A DNA stretch of 64,000 nucleotides from Tubulanus polymorphus. Its lineage: Eukaryota; Animalia; Nemertea. The notes beneath the pieces are model-generated. The model made no database searches. It saw only the letters and a program-made list of their open reading frames with translations, and was not told the origin of the DNA. Positions 29,960 to 42,900 of this stretch are shown here, piece after piece. The translations under genes and the position numbers were made by a program. Within the stretch, counting starts at the first letter, position 1; each line of letters begins with the position of its first letter. The DNA lies in the NCBI RefSeq assembly GCF_964204645.1, contig NC_134025.1:7378001-7442000 (forward strand), read 5' to 3'.

Positions 29960-32900
29960 TCACCTCATACCAAGTATCTGATGACTTTTCGTTGTCGCTT
30001 CTTTTTCTACACTCCTCAATTCTAAAGCTCGTGATTTAGCTCTCTGTAAACGGGCTTTCAATTCTGAGTGTTTATAGTTCGAGTATGCCTGCCGGCACAA
30101 TTTTCCGTTCTCGTCAAAGTGCACTTTCTTTTTCGGCGACATTTCATCTTTACGAGCTTTTGTCATACAAGACGGTGGTAATATTTCATAGAATGGGGAA
30201 CCTGAGAAATAAAAGACACAAATTACATGAGAAAGTGATTACAATTCAGTCTACTCGAATGCTCTGCAAGTCTCACAATGACTTCCGACACCTTTTCACG
30301 AAATCACTGATGGCACGCATTTATTTATGACTTTTGCGTTAGGATCATGGCTTTGGCTCTGAAGGGTTATGCTATTGGGTTCAAACCCCATATAAAATCA
30401 ACCTGTCATTGATGAACAGCATTGTGCTTTGAATTTAAAAATTAAACAATATGCCATTTATTTTAGTAAATGCTTTATTTATGAAAAGACAAAAAGTATA
30501 AATATAAGTTCAAATATTTAGGTAATACCACCATGATTACATGGTTCTGATTTGCAGGCAAAAATATGTAAAAATTTAAACTTCGTAGTTTGAGGTAGAC
30601 GGAGTTCATTGAAACATCACAATCAGGTTGATTCATAGTTCATAGACAACTGACTGTCCAATTTAGTTGAAGAATAAAACCCACAATTGAAGAATAATTG
30701 AGAGTTAAAGAGGCCAACTCAAATGCGATGACCCATTTTCAAAAATGAAATTTTTGAAAATGGCTCAGAATTTGAGTTGAAAGATCAAAATCCTCTTACA
30801 GTTCTTCTTTGAGGGTTTCATCTGTCAAGCGTAGAGGTATCTAATCGGGGATCACAAACACAACCTGCTGGGCTGTGTACTTAGCAACATAGAGTGCACA
30901 CCACTCACTCAGAGGAAAAATATAAGTAAAATTTTGGCGGTATCAAGTCGTAATCATTCGTGCAGTCCAATATAAAATGAAAATAATAGCTAAAGAAACT
31001 TTACAGTTTAGCGCAAAATGCATATTATATGCACTGGAGGAATGATCAGTGATATATTACACTTATATTCATCACAGTAACTGATGAGCAATTAGGACGG
31101 AGAATGAAGAGTATCAATTATTGATGTTTATATTGCCGAGTGGTGTTCGAGGAAGTGGAGTCACGGCTGCAAATTTTTTATCTCTTGCAGCCCCTGCTGG
31201 CGGTTGATATTCCTTCGGGTTCGATATTTTTCTCTGCATCAAAGGCGTACGAAAATTCGGCGAACCACTGTAAACATGTTTACCGGTGGCAGTTTTTCCA
31301 GTACCTGTTGAAGTTGGTTGTATCGTAGGCGATCGTTTTGGTTGAGTGTATTTAGAAGTGACATCCTTAGACAATATACGTTGTTCACGTCTAAAATTTA
31401 AAAATCAGTTTCAACTGTTAATTGCTTTCCAGACAAAAGTGACCATGTGATTCAATTGAAAAAAATAACAACAATACCAAGTTGTAAAACTAATAGACGA
31501 TTTTGACATTTCGACTCAATGTACCAGTAATGAGCCATTAAAGTGCATTTGAGTCAAAATCCTCTTATATTTTTTTTCCTATTCAGCTATTCAGGGGCTT
31601 TCAAAACTCTGATATCTGATACAGTAATGATTAGACTGTGTATCACTTTGGACCACCCATAGACAACTTACTTCTTAACTTTTTCTTCGAATGTCTTTTC
31701 TCTCAATTCCAATTGTTTCAGTCGAGCTGGAAATGAATTGACAATACATTGTATAATTGATATTTCGTTAAAATTGTAATTCAAAATTTGTATTGTGAAT
31801 ATCAAGCACTTACATTCGATATCCTGTTCTTTCGTAAGCAGTTGTCTTTCCTTGCGTTTTATATCCTCTTCTTTTCGAGCCAACCGATCCTCCCACTCTT
31901 TCAACTTAGTTGACTTTTCATCGACGCTGTCACCCGACCCAGACAATTTACTGTGTGGTTTTTCCGGTGAAGAGAGGAGCAGAACTTGAGGATGTTTTGC
32001 TAGAATCTCAATGGACGGACGACGGTCTTCCTGCCAGGGAAAGAATTTCAAATAAAGTAAGATACCTCACATTTACTAATGCATTCACTGATATCCATCG
32101 GTTTATTAAATACTCACTTCAACTTGAAGCATTCTCACAATAACTTCTTGAAGTTCATCTGGGTAAATGGCAGGAATTCGAGCAAATTTCCCTGCTCGAA
32201 TTTTGATAGCTAAATCTTTCTGATTATTGGCGGTAAATGGTGGGTGAAGCGCGCAAAGCTCGTAGATCAGACACCCCAGTGACCAAATATCTGATTTTTC
32301 ATTGTACTGTGAATAATTCATTTGTTCCTAAAACAAACAAATAAGTGCTGATTAGTAGATGCATTCTTAATTCAACATCAGTCATATCAAAGACGATATT
32401 CCTTACTGGAGACATGTAATAGGGAGTTCCGACAAACGTTTTGGCGAAACTTGTCTCATGGTGTAAAACTCGAGCGAGGCCAAAATCGCCTAATTTTACA
32501 TTTTTATTCGCGTCGAGGAATACATTTGCCGGTTTCAGATCTCTGTGTAGAACAGCTTGACCGCCAGTACGACGATGACAGATCTTTAACGCCGACACAA
32601 CCTGAGCAAAAATCTTCCACACAAATGCCGCCTCCAATCTTTGCCTATTAAAACAGAACATGAATTTCAGGGGTTGCTTTTACACTGCCTACATATCAAT
32701 TGCTGTACATAAACCACGGAACACATACTTCTCTTTTTTTGCTCTCTGAATCAGGCTGGAAAGATCCCCTCCTTGACAATATTCCATGATTATATACAAA
32801 GACGTGCGTACGCGATCGATAATGCGATCGTAGTAGCGCACAATGTTTTGATGCTTCAGCTCACGAAGCAAATTCACCTCAGAAACCAACAGCTGTTTTT

Positions 32901-33131
32901 CTGCCTCGGACATACAGCCATAGTCCAACTGCTTCCACACTAAGACCTTTGAGAGAAGGAACATTTGTCAGAAATGTATTTCATACAAAATTAGGCCTTT
33001 TTTGATAACGGTTACATTTTTAACCATCTTCCTACCTTTCCATCCTTTTTTCTTTTGATTTTTTTACACGTTCCATAAGACCCAGATCCAATTGAATACA
33101 GAACTTCATAATCATCTAACGTTGACGGCAT
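29960..33131 (-). CDS. NEK2: Serine/threonine kinase NEK2
   Basis: MPSTLDDYEVLYSIGSGSYGTC, LVSEVNLLRELKHQNIVRYYDRIID, HRDLKPANVFLD, KLGDFGLARVLHHETSFAKTFVGTPYYMSP, a coiled coil, the KKVHF PP1 site and a terminal QILGMR* MR tail. Confidence 0.96.
30715..30779. repeat. Near-perfect 65-bp hairpin (MITE-like) in the last NEK2 intron; related sequence at ~31500-31568
   Basis: caactcaaat..ccattttcaaaaat-gaa-atttttgaaaatgg..atttgagttg. Both sites are followed by TCAAAATCCTCTTA. Confidence 0.6.
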
Positions 33132-33640
33132 CTAAATAAGAAACAAAGAAAACTTTTTATAACTTTTGGGGTTAAAACTTATATAGGCCTATGCACCAGG
33201 CCTGGGCCAAGAGAAATAAATAACAATTAACATAACATGAAAAAACCCTTCCTGCCTAACCGTGAACCCCCTGTCCCTGGCCTAGTAACATCTTACTGTT
33301 TATACCCTACCAACCACAAAGAAAAGACTGTTTTTGAAATCATTCGTATTGGTGAAAGAGCGTTTAGATTGCCGGATAATCACAATGGCAAAATATCCAC
33401 TTTATACTTTCGTATTGGCTTCGAAATTAAATTTGAATTTGATTGGAATTTTTTGTGACTGTGATGGATGATGATTACGACATTATGGCATTCATTCAAA
33501 TGACTTTTAGACAGGTGTACCTTTTGAATTAAACAAATGCAACGTAACTTTCATTCATCGAAATGTTCCTTTTCAGCAGCAGCCGAGGATTTATTGCTTG
33601 AAGTGTACCAAACGCGTTGTGTTTCGTGTTTGACAACAAA

Positions 33641-33780
33641 TTCAAAGTAGCCGCCGCACCTTTGTATCGTAAGATTTGATTGGCTAACGGCGTCTGCAAT
33701 CCAATCAGTAAGGACGACTTTCATTGGTTAGCCCAATGAATCTGATATTTTGACGATCATGTGATAATTCAAAATGGCTG
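33641..33780. promoter_or_regulatory. Bidirectional NEK2 / ZFYVE26 promoter: CDE-CHR, four CCAAT boxes, M-box, YY1-like site
   Basis: Minus strand GGCGG-CTAC-TTTGAA at 33655-33641. ATTGG/CCAAT at 33679, 33701, 33723 and 33733. TCATGTGA at 33757-33764. AAAATGGCT at ~33771. Confidence 0.7.
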
Positions 33781-33908
33781 CGCCCATGAAACACTGAAAA
33801 AATAAAAGAATGTATGGAATATGGCCCTATTACATACTTAATTCAGTAATTTATGACATTTTCTTTCTACGCGAGTAAAATCAGTAAACTCAACAACGAA
33901 GTGAAAGT

Positions 33909-36900
33909 ATGGAGTTACATGGAAAAAAGTTCTTCAGTAACCAGGAAGAGATGAACGCACTGAATTTATTTAAACATTTTTGTAATAATTTGTATTTGGG
34001 TCAGTGGGAAATTGCAGCAACCTGCATTCACCAGCTGCATCATGCAAAATTGGATTTGAATATACATGACTTACTGAAAGATCTTATACAAAATCCTGTG
34101 GGTGCAAGGTAAATTCAATTCGACATGGTGAATCCGAAATTAAATCGATTGCTATTTCTAAATAGGTAGAAATATCACAATTAGTTGGTGGTTTAAAATA
34201 TGAAAATTTTTTTCAGCCTGAAAACTGCCAGTATTCAAACTCCTTATCATTTAGCATGGTTATGCTTACAAGTAACTCTAGGGCGCACATTGCAATATGA
34301 AGTAAGTTCGAGGAAACTTGAAGAAATTGTAGTAATAAGAGTTGGGTCCTATACACAACCTGATTAGGATTACCAGGTATATTCTTGTTTTCTAGGATGA
34401 ATGGCAACAAAAGTGGAAGGAAATGATTGAGTTTAATATTTTACTTATTGATGTCTGTAATGGGGTAGGCGCTGATATCGTTGAGGTAGGTTTTGATAAG
34501 ACGAATTATGGTTTAATCTAAGTTTACTAAAAAGTTTAAACATGTTTGCTTTATTTTAGGACCTGTACCTTTATCATAAAGCATCCCTTGAAGATGGCTG
34601 TGTCAAATCGACAAATTTGGAATTGCAGGACTGTACAAAAAATTATCTTGGGGACAAACTCTATGAGTACCCAGAAATTGGTAATTTAATTGTTACATCA
34701 CTGACGGACAAAGATAATCAACTATATGTTTGTTCCTTCATCAACTGTTTACAGAGGATTATCACTAACTTAGCTGCTGACAAAGAGAATGAATTCCTAT
34801 GCAAAAAATTGTACGAAGTTCTGACATTATTTGATCCTGGCTATGAATGTGATGGAGTAGAGCAGATTTTCAAATCTTTGCTCAACTTAATGAAATCTGA
34901 AAAATCCCGATTATCGATACCAGCAGTTTATTCAGCGCTTTCTGGAAGACAAAATCAGTATCTTATCGAATTGTATGTGAAGTTAGAATACGAACAAAAT
35001 TTATCGTCAATATCGACTGGGGCATTAGTGTCTGAATTGGGCTTTGACAGTGGTGCATTACTGTCAGATAGTGAGAAGAGCATTTGTCGTCTTCTTATGT
35101 GGCATGATAAGGCAGAAATGTGGAAGAATATATTCATTCATTGCTTTAGACATAATGAGAATTTCCTGGAAGTTGTTTTAGTAAGTATTGCATAGAGATC
35201 TCTTTCATGAAGTATACTTAGAAATGATTTATTTATTAACCTTTGATTCAACTTTCAATAGAATGCTGCATTTTCTCTGATCAAAGCTGGAGAATATGAA
35301 CAATTAAAGGGACTTTTCAAACAACAGGAGATTGTTGTGTTAAAGCCGATGGTGCTTTTGCTAGGATGGAATTACTGTTTCAGCTGTACTCATGCAAAAA
35401 ATTTGTTGCAAGTGCTTTGGGACAGTGAGGTATGGTAGGAGTCTTTTCTTACAGATTTTTTTTTTTTAATGGTAAATGGGTGGGAATTGGTGTTAAACTA
35501 GTGCTTTCTTTTCAGAATTCAGATGGAAGTAAATTACTAGGCCAAGCCTGTAAAAAGCTTATATACCAAGTAGATTTAGTGCAGTGGTGTTTGGAAAAAG
35601 CTCGGTATGTATCGGTACCTCTATATTTTGTGTGGAAATGTACCTGAAGCTCAAACAAACCTGTTAAAATATCTTTCACTGAAACTAATCTTTTCTGATA
35701 CTGGAAATAATTTTAGGCCTTTGTTAGTTGCATCTGGTGCACCGACAACTCGACATGATAGGGCAACAGAAATGTTTCAAGGTCTTGAAACACATTCACT
35801 CCTTTATGTGTTACATCACGCTACACAACTTTCATCACTTGAACCTTCAGAGGTATTGGATATCCTACAAAAAAGACCTCTGTCAAATGAATGTGCTGTT
35901 GGTAAGTGATGGAAAAAGCTCTATCGCTGTTGAAGGTAACTTAATTGTTCACATCTTCCTATGATTCATGTTAGTATGTAAGCAATAATTCTTTGAATTT
36001 TAGTTTGTCAGAGTAAGCTTCCTCAGCCAAAATCTGTACGCTTTGAAGAGATCACGACAGAACCACTGATGAAACAACCTCTTTGTCTGGAACAGGAACG
36101 AGATATATCTATCTTTTATAGTTACTGTGCTATGAAATGTTTCATGGATGCTGTATATTTCTGTGTGGACAGTGCAAACATGAATTTACAACAGCGCAAA
36201 TCTGATCTTGAGCAAAACGATGGAAATTCCAACGAGGCAGACGATTGCCAATCCATTTACCAACGAATGGTGATTGAGAAAATAAATTCTGGCAAACAAT
36301 ACCTATCAAAAATATACCCAATCACTTATAGAGTGGAAATTCTTGAAAATATATTTTCATTACTTTTTGTTACTCATGAAGACATTCAAGAAATTGCTTT
36401 CATGCCACATTCAGATAGCGAAAACGATTTGTTTGATCATGATGATGTACCGAGTAAGGCTCCTAGTTTAGAGCTATCACTGCAGTCTGCAGACATCAGT
36501 GTAACAGGAACACAAGACATGTCTGAAGGTCCAATTCAGCAAAATGAGATTGAAGATATAATAGATAGGCTCAGCACACTGAAACAGAGAAATAGTCTAC
36601 CTGAGATAAACCAGGAGCTCATTACCAGTCTAGGATCTGATTGTAGTAGTATTCGTTATGATGAACCATTTATAGAGGCAAACCAGGAGGCTCCACAAAG
36701 TATGGAAAATGCAGAAGAAATGCTGATTGCCGCTGAACCAACACGAAAGATAAGCTCTTTTGGATTTTATAGCATAACGAAACGAGGTTTAAAAGATATA
36801 TCAGGATCAGAAGCAAAGGTCTCACAATCCGGAGAACTGAGTACTGCAAGCACAACAACAAGTTGCCTTAGTAAATTAGGGTTTGTCGCTAATGATTATG

Positions 36901-39900
36901 TTGTTCGTGACGTTTTAGCAGCTTTAAAAGATTGCGCAATCGAAGCAGGTGGGGCGAAGTTTGGCTTGTTACAGACTGACAGTTGTGAAACTCGTAAAAC
37001 TGTGATGAAATCTGATGTTGAAAAGGAGCTGAGCAAGCACATGAAATGTGCAATTTCAGAGGAAGAACTACAGTCAAGGACAAGTCAGTTTACTCAGTAT
37101 GTAAGTGAGGCGTTGTGGAGATTTCAACTAATCATTGGTGATGACCCAGTTGTCGCTCAGCCAGAAAAAGTTCATTCTGATTTCTTGGCAAGTCGTAGAA
37201 ATCAAAGCTTCAGTGATGATGACCATGGTACATACATTCATATTCATAGTTATACATAAACATTGATATACTTAGTATGTGTCAAATAGTATCATTTCAA
37301 TTCCAGATTTATGGAATGAATCTTATGAATATGACACCAATACCACAAGCAGACGCAAATTAAGGAAGGCTGAAAATGAAAAATCATGTGGAGAAAAAGG
37401 TGAGTTCATGTATATCTATGGTTTGTATATTGCCTTGTTCTGTATAGGCTTATAAAATTCTGATCCATTTCAGTTCGAGGAAGTTCAATGTCAGGACGAG
37501 ATAGTGAATCTCAGAATCCAGACTTTGTATCAACAACGAATAGAAGACCAAAGAAAAGACGTCAAAGTCCAGCTAGTTCAAAATGTTCCAATAAAAGACA
37601 GGGAGTAATTTCAAAGATGTTGGCATCTAAAGAAACGTTGTTGAACATGTGTCTTCGAAGAGGGCACTTTGCACAAGCAAATCAAGTTATTAAGGTACAT
37701 TGCTGTATGATGTATTACTATAAATTCCATGTGTATTTCTATTCAGAATGAATTTATATTACATAAAAATGTATATTTATTTTCAGTTTTTCAGTATGGA
37801 TGATGTATCCCAGGCAAAAGAAATGGAATTTGCAGTCCAGTACCAAGGAGCTGTACGACGTCTACAAGCAATGGACTCACGAAGACGACAAACTTCTCCA
37901 GCTGTATTTACTAAAACTCGTCCTGCTGTGACTAAAATCAATCTTCAAGCCATCAGAACTGTAGCAGCTGCTGCTGAGGCTTCAACATTAATTGGAAGTA
38001 TTGCAGATGAAGTACTCAGTAGTTCATCACTTCCAATAATCCCTGATTCTGCACTTTCAAAGTTAGAAAACCAAAGCACAAATTCTGAGTTCCAGATTCA
38101 TATCAATCCTGAACACATACCAGCTATGATAGTGTTAGATTTGGCTACTACTGCTTGCCGAACGTGGGATGCATGTGAAAGCTTACTTGACTTGGCATAT
38201 AAACGTTTACCAGAAAAACATCTCGCTCCTTGCGCAATATCTAGTGATGTAAAAAAACCACGAATTACTGAAAGCACTATCATAGGAACTGGAGGTTTTC
38301 TTTCCGAAATGCGGAGTGTCATTGCAATAGGAAACTGTGAAAGTTCAATTGTTAATATGGAAACATGGAAGAATCTTGCTAAATGCAATTTGAACTTTTT
38401 GATGACAAATGTTGTAGTTCCTCTAAATGTGGACAATTGCCAGACATATATTGCAGCTCTAGTTGATATAGAGAGATCTTTGATACATGTCAATAAAGCA
38501 TTGAAAGATGTGGATAAGATAACGGATCAGGTTTTCATCGAAACTGTAAATAAAAAAGGTCAGAAACAAAAACCATCACCAACTGATCGTCCAATTGTGC
38601 ATATTGCCATCAAGCGTATGATGCAGGTACTTGAAAAATATGTTGATTCAAATGGTATCTTGCGTTACTTTGAAAGGTAAGAAATCAGAATCTTGCACAA
38701 CCCTGTAACCTTGAAACTACTGGTATTCTACTTTGGTCATGATTAGCTTCTTTCTGTTCTATTTCATAGTGCACCATTTGATGAGGAGACTGGATCCATG
38801 AATTTCATCCAGAGTTTATATGATCATGTGAAAGTTCTAGCATTCTTAGAAGCTGAATGCCAAACTAGACCTAAAGGTACTGAATATCTTCCTAATTATT
38901 GCATTTATTTTATAGCCAAATTTTAAATGGTAGGATTTCCATCAAACAAATAAGTTTGTACATTGACTTCAACAAAGCACATATACTTTCAGAAACTATT
39001 CTTCAACCATACAATTACTTCCGGATGCTCAATGATTCACCTACTACTATTCTCGGCAAATTGATGTTTGTCAGAAAAATCTCACCGTACAAGTAAGATT
39101 TTTGTTGACCCTTTTGAATAACCAAAAGCAGAAAGCTAAGTGTTCTATTGTCTAATCTGTGTTTTCACATGTGGTTTTTGTCAATTCATAGGTTAGAAAA
39201 GGTTGCCCAGAAGCTTAACCTCAACTTGACCAAAATAATTGTAAACAGTTGCTGTCCTGACATTCCATGTAAGGTTCCACATCCTAAAAAACTACCTCGC
39301 GTTTGTTATGGAAAGATAATACTGAATAGCTGTGATGAATGGAATGGTATAGCTAGACATCCCGAAGTTGTTGTGAGAGAGCTATTGACAAAACTGATTA
39401 CAGTTATGAAAGGTAAATTGATTTTCAGTGAATGTCAATAGATTTTTAGTTTTTGGTGAATGTTTTATTATGAAGATCTCGTGTCAATCAATTCAATTTT
39501 AGCTGAAGCAATGAAGGCAAACTGCAATTGTTTGTTTGATAAAACCGTCGCAAAGATGTTGTTACAAAGCAATGAAGTTTGGGATGTATTGTATGCGACT
39601 GCTGAGCTTTCATTTGTCGATCTTAGAGATCTTCAAGATAATAAACAGAAGAAATGCTTCTACAGCAATCTCCTTAATCTCATCAATATTCACACATTCC
39701 TGTATCAGATCGAACAAGAAAATCTAAAAGTAAGTTGTGCATGCGTTTCTTTGTTTATTCCATTGAATTCAACGACCATACATGAGTAAGTCTATCATGA
39801 TGGCATTTTTAGTTGATATTGATTTTCTTCTTTAGAAGAATGAGACATTCAGAATCCTTGATAAGCTCATGGTAATGAATAATGTGTCATATTGCGTTGG

Positions 39901-42900
39901 ACAGCTTGGTTGTATCAGGTAAATCCGTACATGGTACATTTTATAAAATCAGGTGGAATTCATAATTTCAATGCACTGTAGATGATTGATGTCATCATTA
40001 CGTTTTCAGTCAGTTTGAACTGAAGTTTCTGATATGCAGAGAAGGTTTATTGCCTCCTGGATGCATGGATAAAATACTTCCAGATCGATTACATCGTAAG
40101 TACAAAACTTCTTACCATTGTATAATTGCTTGATAGTTATTTTCTTGGGGTTTACATCAAAGAGAGTATTTACACTTATCATTTTGAATCTAGGTTTGGA
40201 TCCGATTGACCCATGGGCAAAATATGCTCCTCCTGCCGAACCAAGATTGCTCTTTGTGACGACTAGTTGTAGTGTGTCATCACCACCTGTTCAGGTAATC
40301 CTAGAATGGTATTGTACTAAAAATTAAAGAAATTCAAATTTAGAAAAATTTGAAATTAATCAGACTGTGATATTTTGTAGGTTTTGACACCGGAATTGGT
40401 CAGAAATCAATTAGAAACAGCAATGAGGTCATATTTAGAAAGTAATGTGACAATAGATGAAGAAATGGGTCAGGTATGTTTGTTTATTCATACTATAGAT
40501 ATCCTCTCTATTTCACCCTCATTCAATGATGGAACTTCTTTTCTTTTGCAGGTGATTTTACCACAAATGCTCGTTTGGTATCGTTATGATTTTGTGGGTG
40601 AGAAAGGAGATCAGTATGTTGCTGATTACGAAGGGTTGATTAACTTTGTTGTAGCGCACACTAGTACTGAATTCAATGAACCACTGAAACGTCTAATCGA
40701 TCTTGATCAAGTCCATGAATACAGTGAAAACATAGGTAATATTTAGCATGCATCTTCTAACAGTTTTGGTATAGAAGTGCATTTTTCATAACCATTGATC
40801 TGACTAAATTCATATAAATCCATTTATATTTTATTGTGCAGATAAATCTGGTAAAAAGGAATTACCATTCAAGGTCAAAGTTGAGCCATACAGATATGAT
40901 AATTGTATCTTCTTTGCATCAGAAAGCAGAGAACCGGTCGTGCAATTGAAGGCTCACCGCAGATCTTTTTCATTACCAGCAAACATTAATAATGATGAAG
41001 ACGAAAATTCAAAACCACAAACAAAAATAATAGCAGATACAGCAGAAGTCTATAATTTGCGGGCAGTTACCTTGGAATATTTAAAAGCCAAGTCAGCTCT
41101 CGTTGCTACTTTGATAAGCCTTGTTTGTTCTGATGAAATTGATGACATTGAAGATCAAATGGATGAAACATTTTTTGATAGTCAAAGCAGTGAAGACAGC
41201 GAGCAATTGCGGAAAGGCATATTTTCTAGACAGAGGACAAGTTCAGATATGAGTATCGTGGATGTTAGAAGTTATCGTTATCAGAGGGTCGTTGATGACT
41301 TCCCATCATTGCACCAGTATTTACTAACATTTATAGTTCCAATCGCTGCTGCCCAAAATGGAGAAATTCTTCAAAGCTCGGATCCGGTGTTGAAACTTTT
41401 GAGTGCATCAATTGATAAATCTGTGCGCGAATCAATGTTTTGTATGCATAATAGTGAGACGTTTGAATCTGATCTAGAATCAACTATTAATGGTCTGATC
41501 AAAATCATGAATTGGGACTTGATTATATGCGTTATAAATTCCATACCACTCATAACCATGCAGAAGAATCCGCACTGGTTGAAGATTAAAGATTTCGCCA
41601 TCTGTTGTGTGGTATCAAGTGACATCAAACGAAAAGAAGATATATGGCACTATTTGCAGCAAATATCAGATTGTGCAGTTCAAACTAGAGCAGTCTTGGG
41701 AACATTAAAGTTTTGGCCTGTTAGAGTGTGCATTGATTTATTGAATATGTGTAGATCTTTACCTGGTCTGGCAGATGATCTGCGAGATGTTGTTAATCAG
41801 AAATTATCTAGCATGATTGTATATCAAAAGGTAAGAGAATAAGTCATTCTTTCAGCTATAATACTGGTACTGGTATTTTGAGCATAGGATTAAAATCTTT
41901 CTCTTTAAACTGTAGATAACTGTATGTGCAAAGAGTCGACAAATTAAGATATCTGTCCAGCAATCAAGAAGTCTTGACCCGGATGATGGAATCATGTCAA
42001 GTCTAAATGTAGGTGAACTCGAACAACTGTTAACATGGCAGAGCATCGTTTCTGTATCCAGTGAGACACCAGAGAAAATCATTGATGTATTGTCTCGATC
42101 TAAAGAATTTGCCATAGCAAGAAAGTGGGCTCAAATACACAATATTTCAATGGAATTTTGTCAGACAATTGAGGAAAATTGCATTTTAAATTTGTTAGAA
42201 GAAAACGAACCTGATGTTCTAACAGTTTGTAAATCCTTGGAAGACCTTATGAAAAAGGATCCTGAAATGACTAACAGGTTGTGTGAAAATCTACTCCTGA
42301 GGTTCAAGTATGAAAGAAGCATACTGCTTGTAGCTCAATTTGTTCTGAAATATCTTCAACCAATGCTTACCCAGAAGAGGACTGAGGAACTTAATCTGCT
42401 TTGTCTTGGTGCAAAGGTTTGTACATCTACATGTGGTGAGACATGTTTATCTGAATCTGTGAAAGTACATGTTACATGTGGACATGTATATTTTTTGTTA
42501 CAGGCGCTGCAAGCTTTGCCAGATATTCATAAATCTGATTATCATCATCTGGTGACATCTCCTACTTTACTTTTTGAACAGTTGTTGATGAATATGAGGG
42601 TATAGTATAATTCATCCATGGGTTTTACACTCATGTATCTACTCTTGCTGTCATTACTCTCACGTTTTCTAACCTTGTTCTAAACATGCATTTTAGGTTG
42701 AATGGGCTGCTAAGGCACTTCAACTGATAAAACCGGATTTAGGATTGATACACGAGTGTGAACTATCAGAGTTTGACAATGTAGTTATAGTCTACAGCAC
42801 AAAAGCCTTAGAATTTTCAGTCATTCAAGCCACAGGTTTGTAGAAATGAAAAATACTTATCTGTTCAGTAAAAACAATATTGCTTCGCAATGTCCATGCG

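Noticed and set aside
30800-30840. 41-nt cassette exon in NEK2
   Set aside because: Poor acceptor, and the phases are incompatible with the flanking exons (it introduces a stop).
38098-38493. Antisense ORFs (also 24383-24730, 57013-57474, 63586-63807 and similar)
   Set aside because: Shadows of real coding exons on the opposite strand, with no independent motifs.
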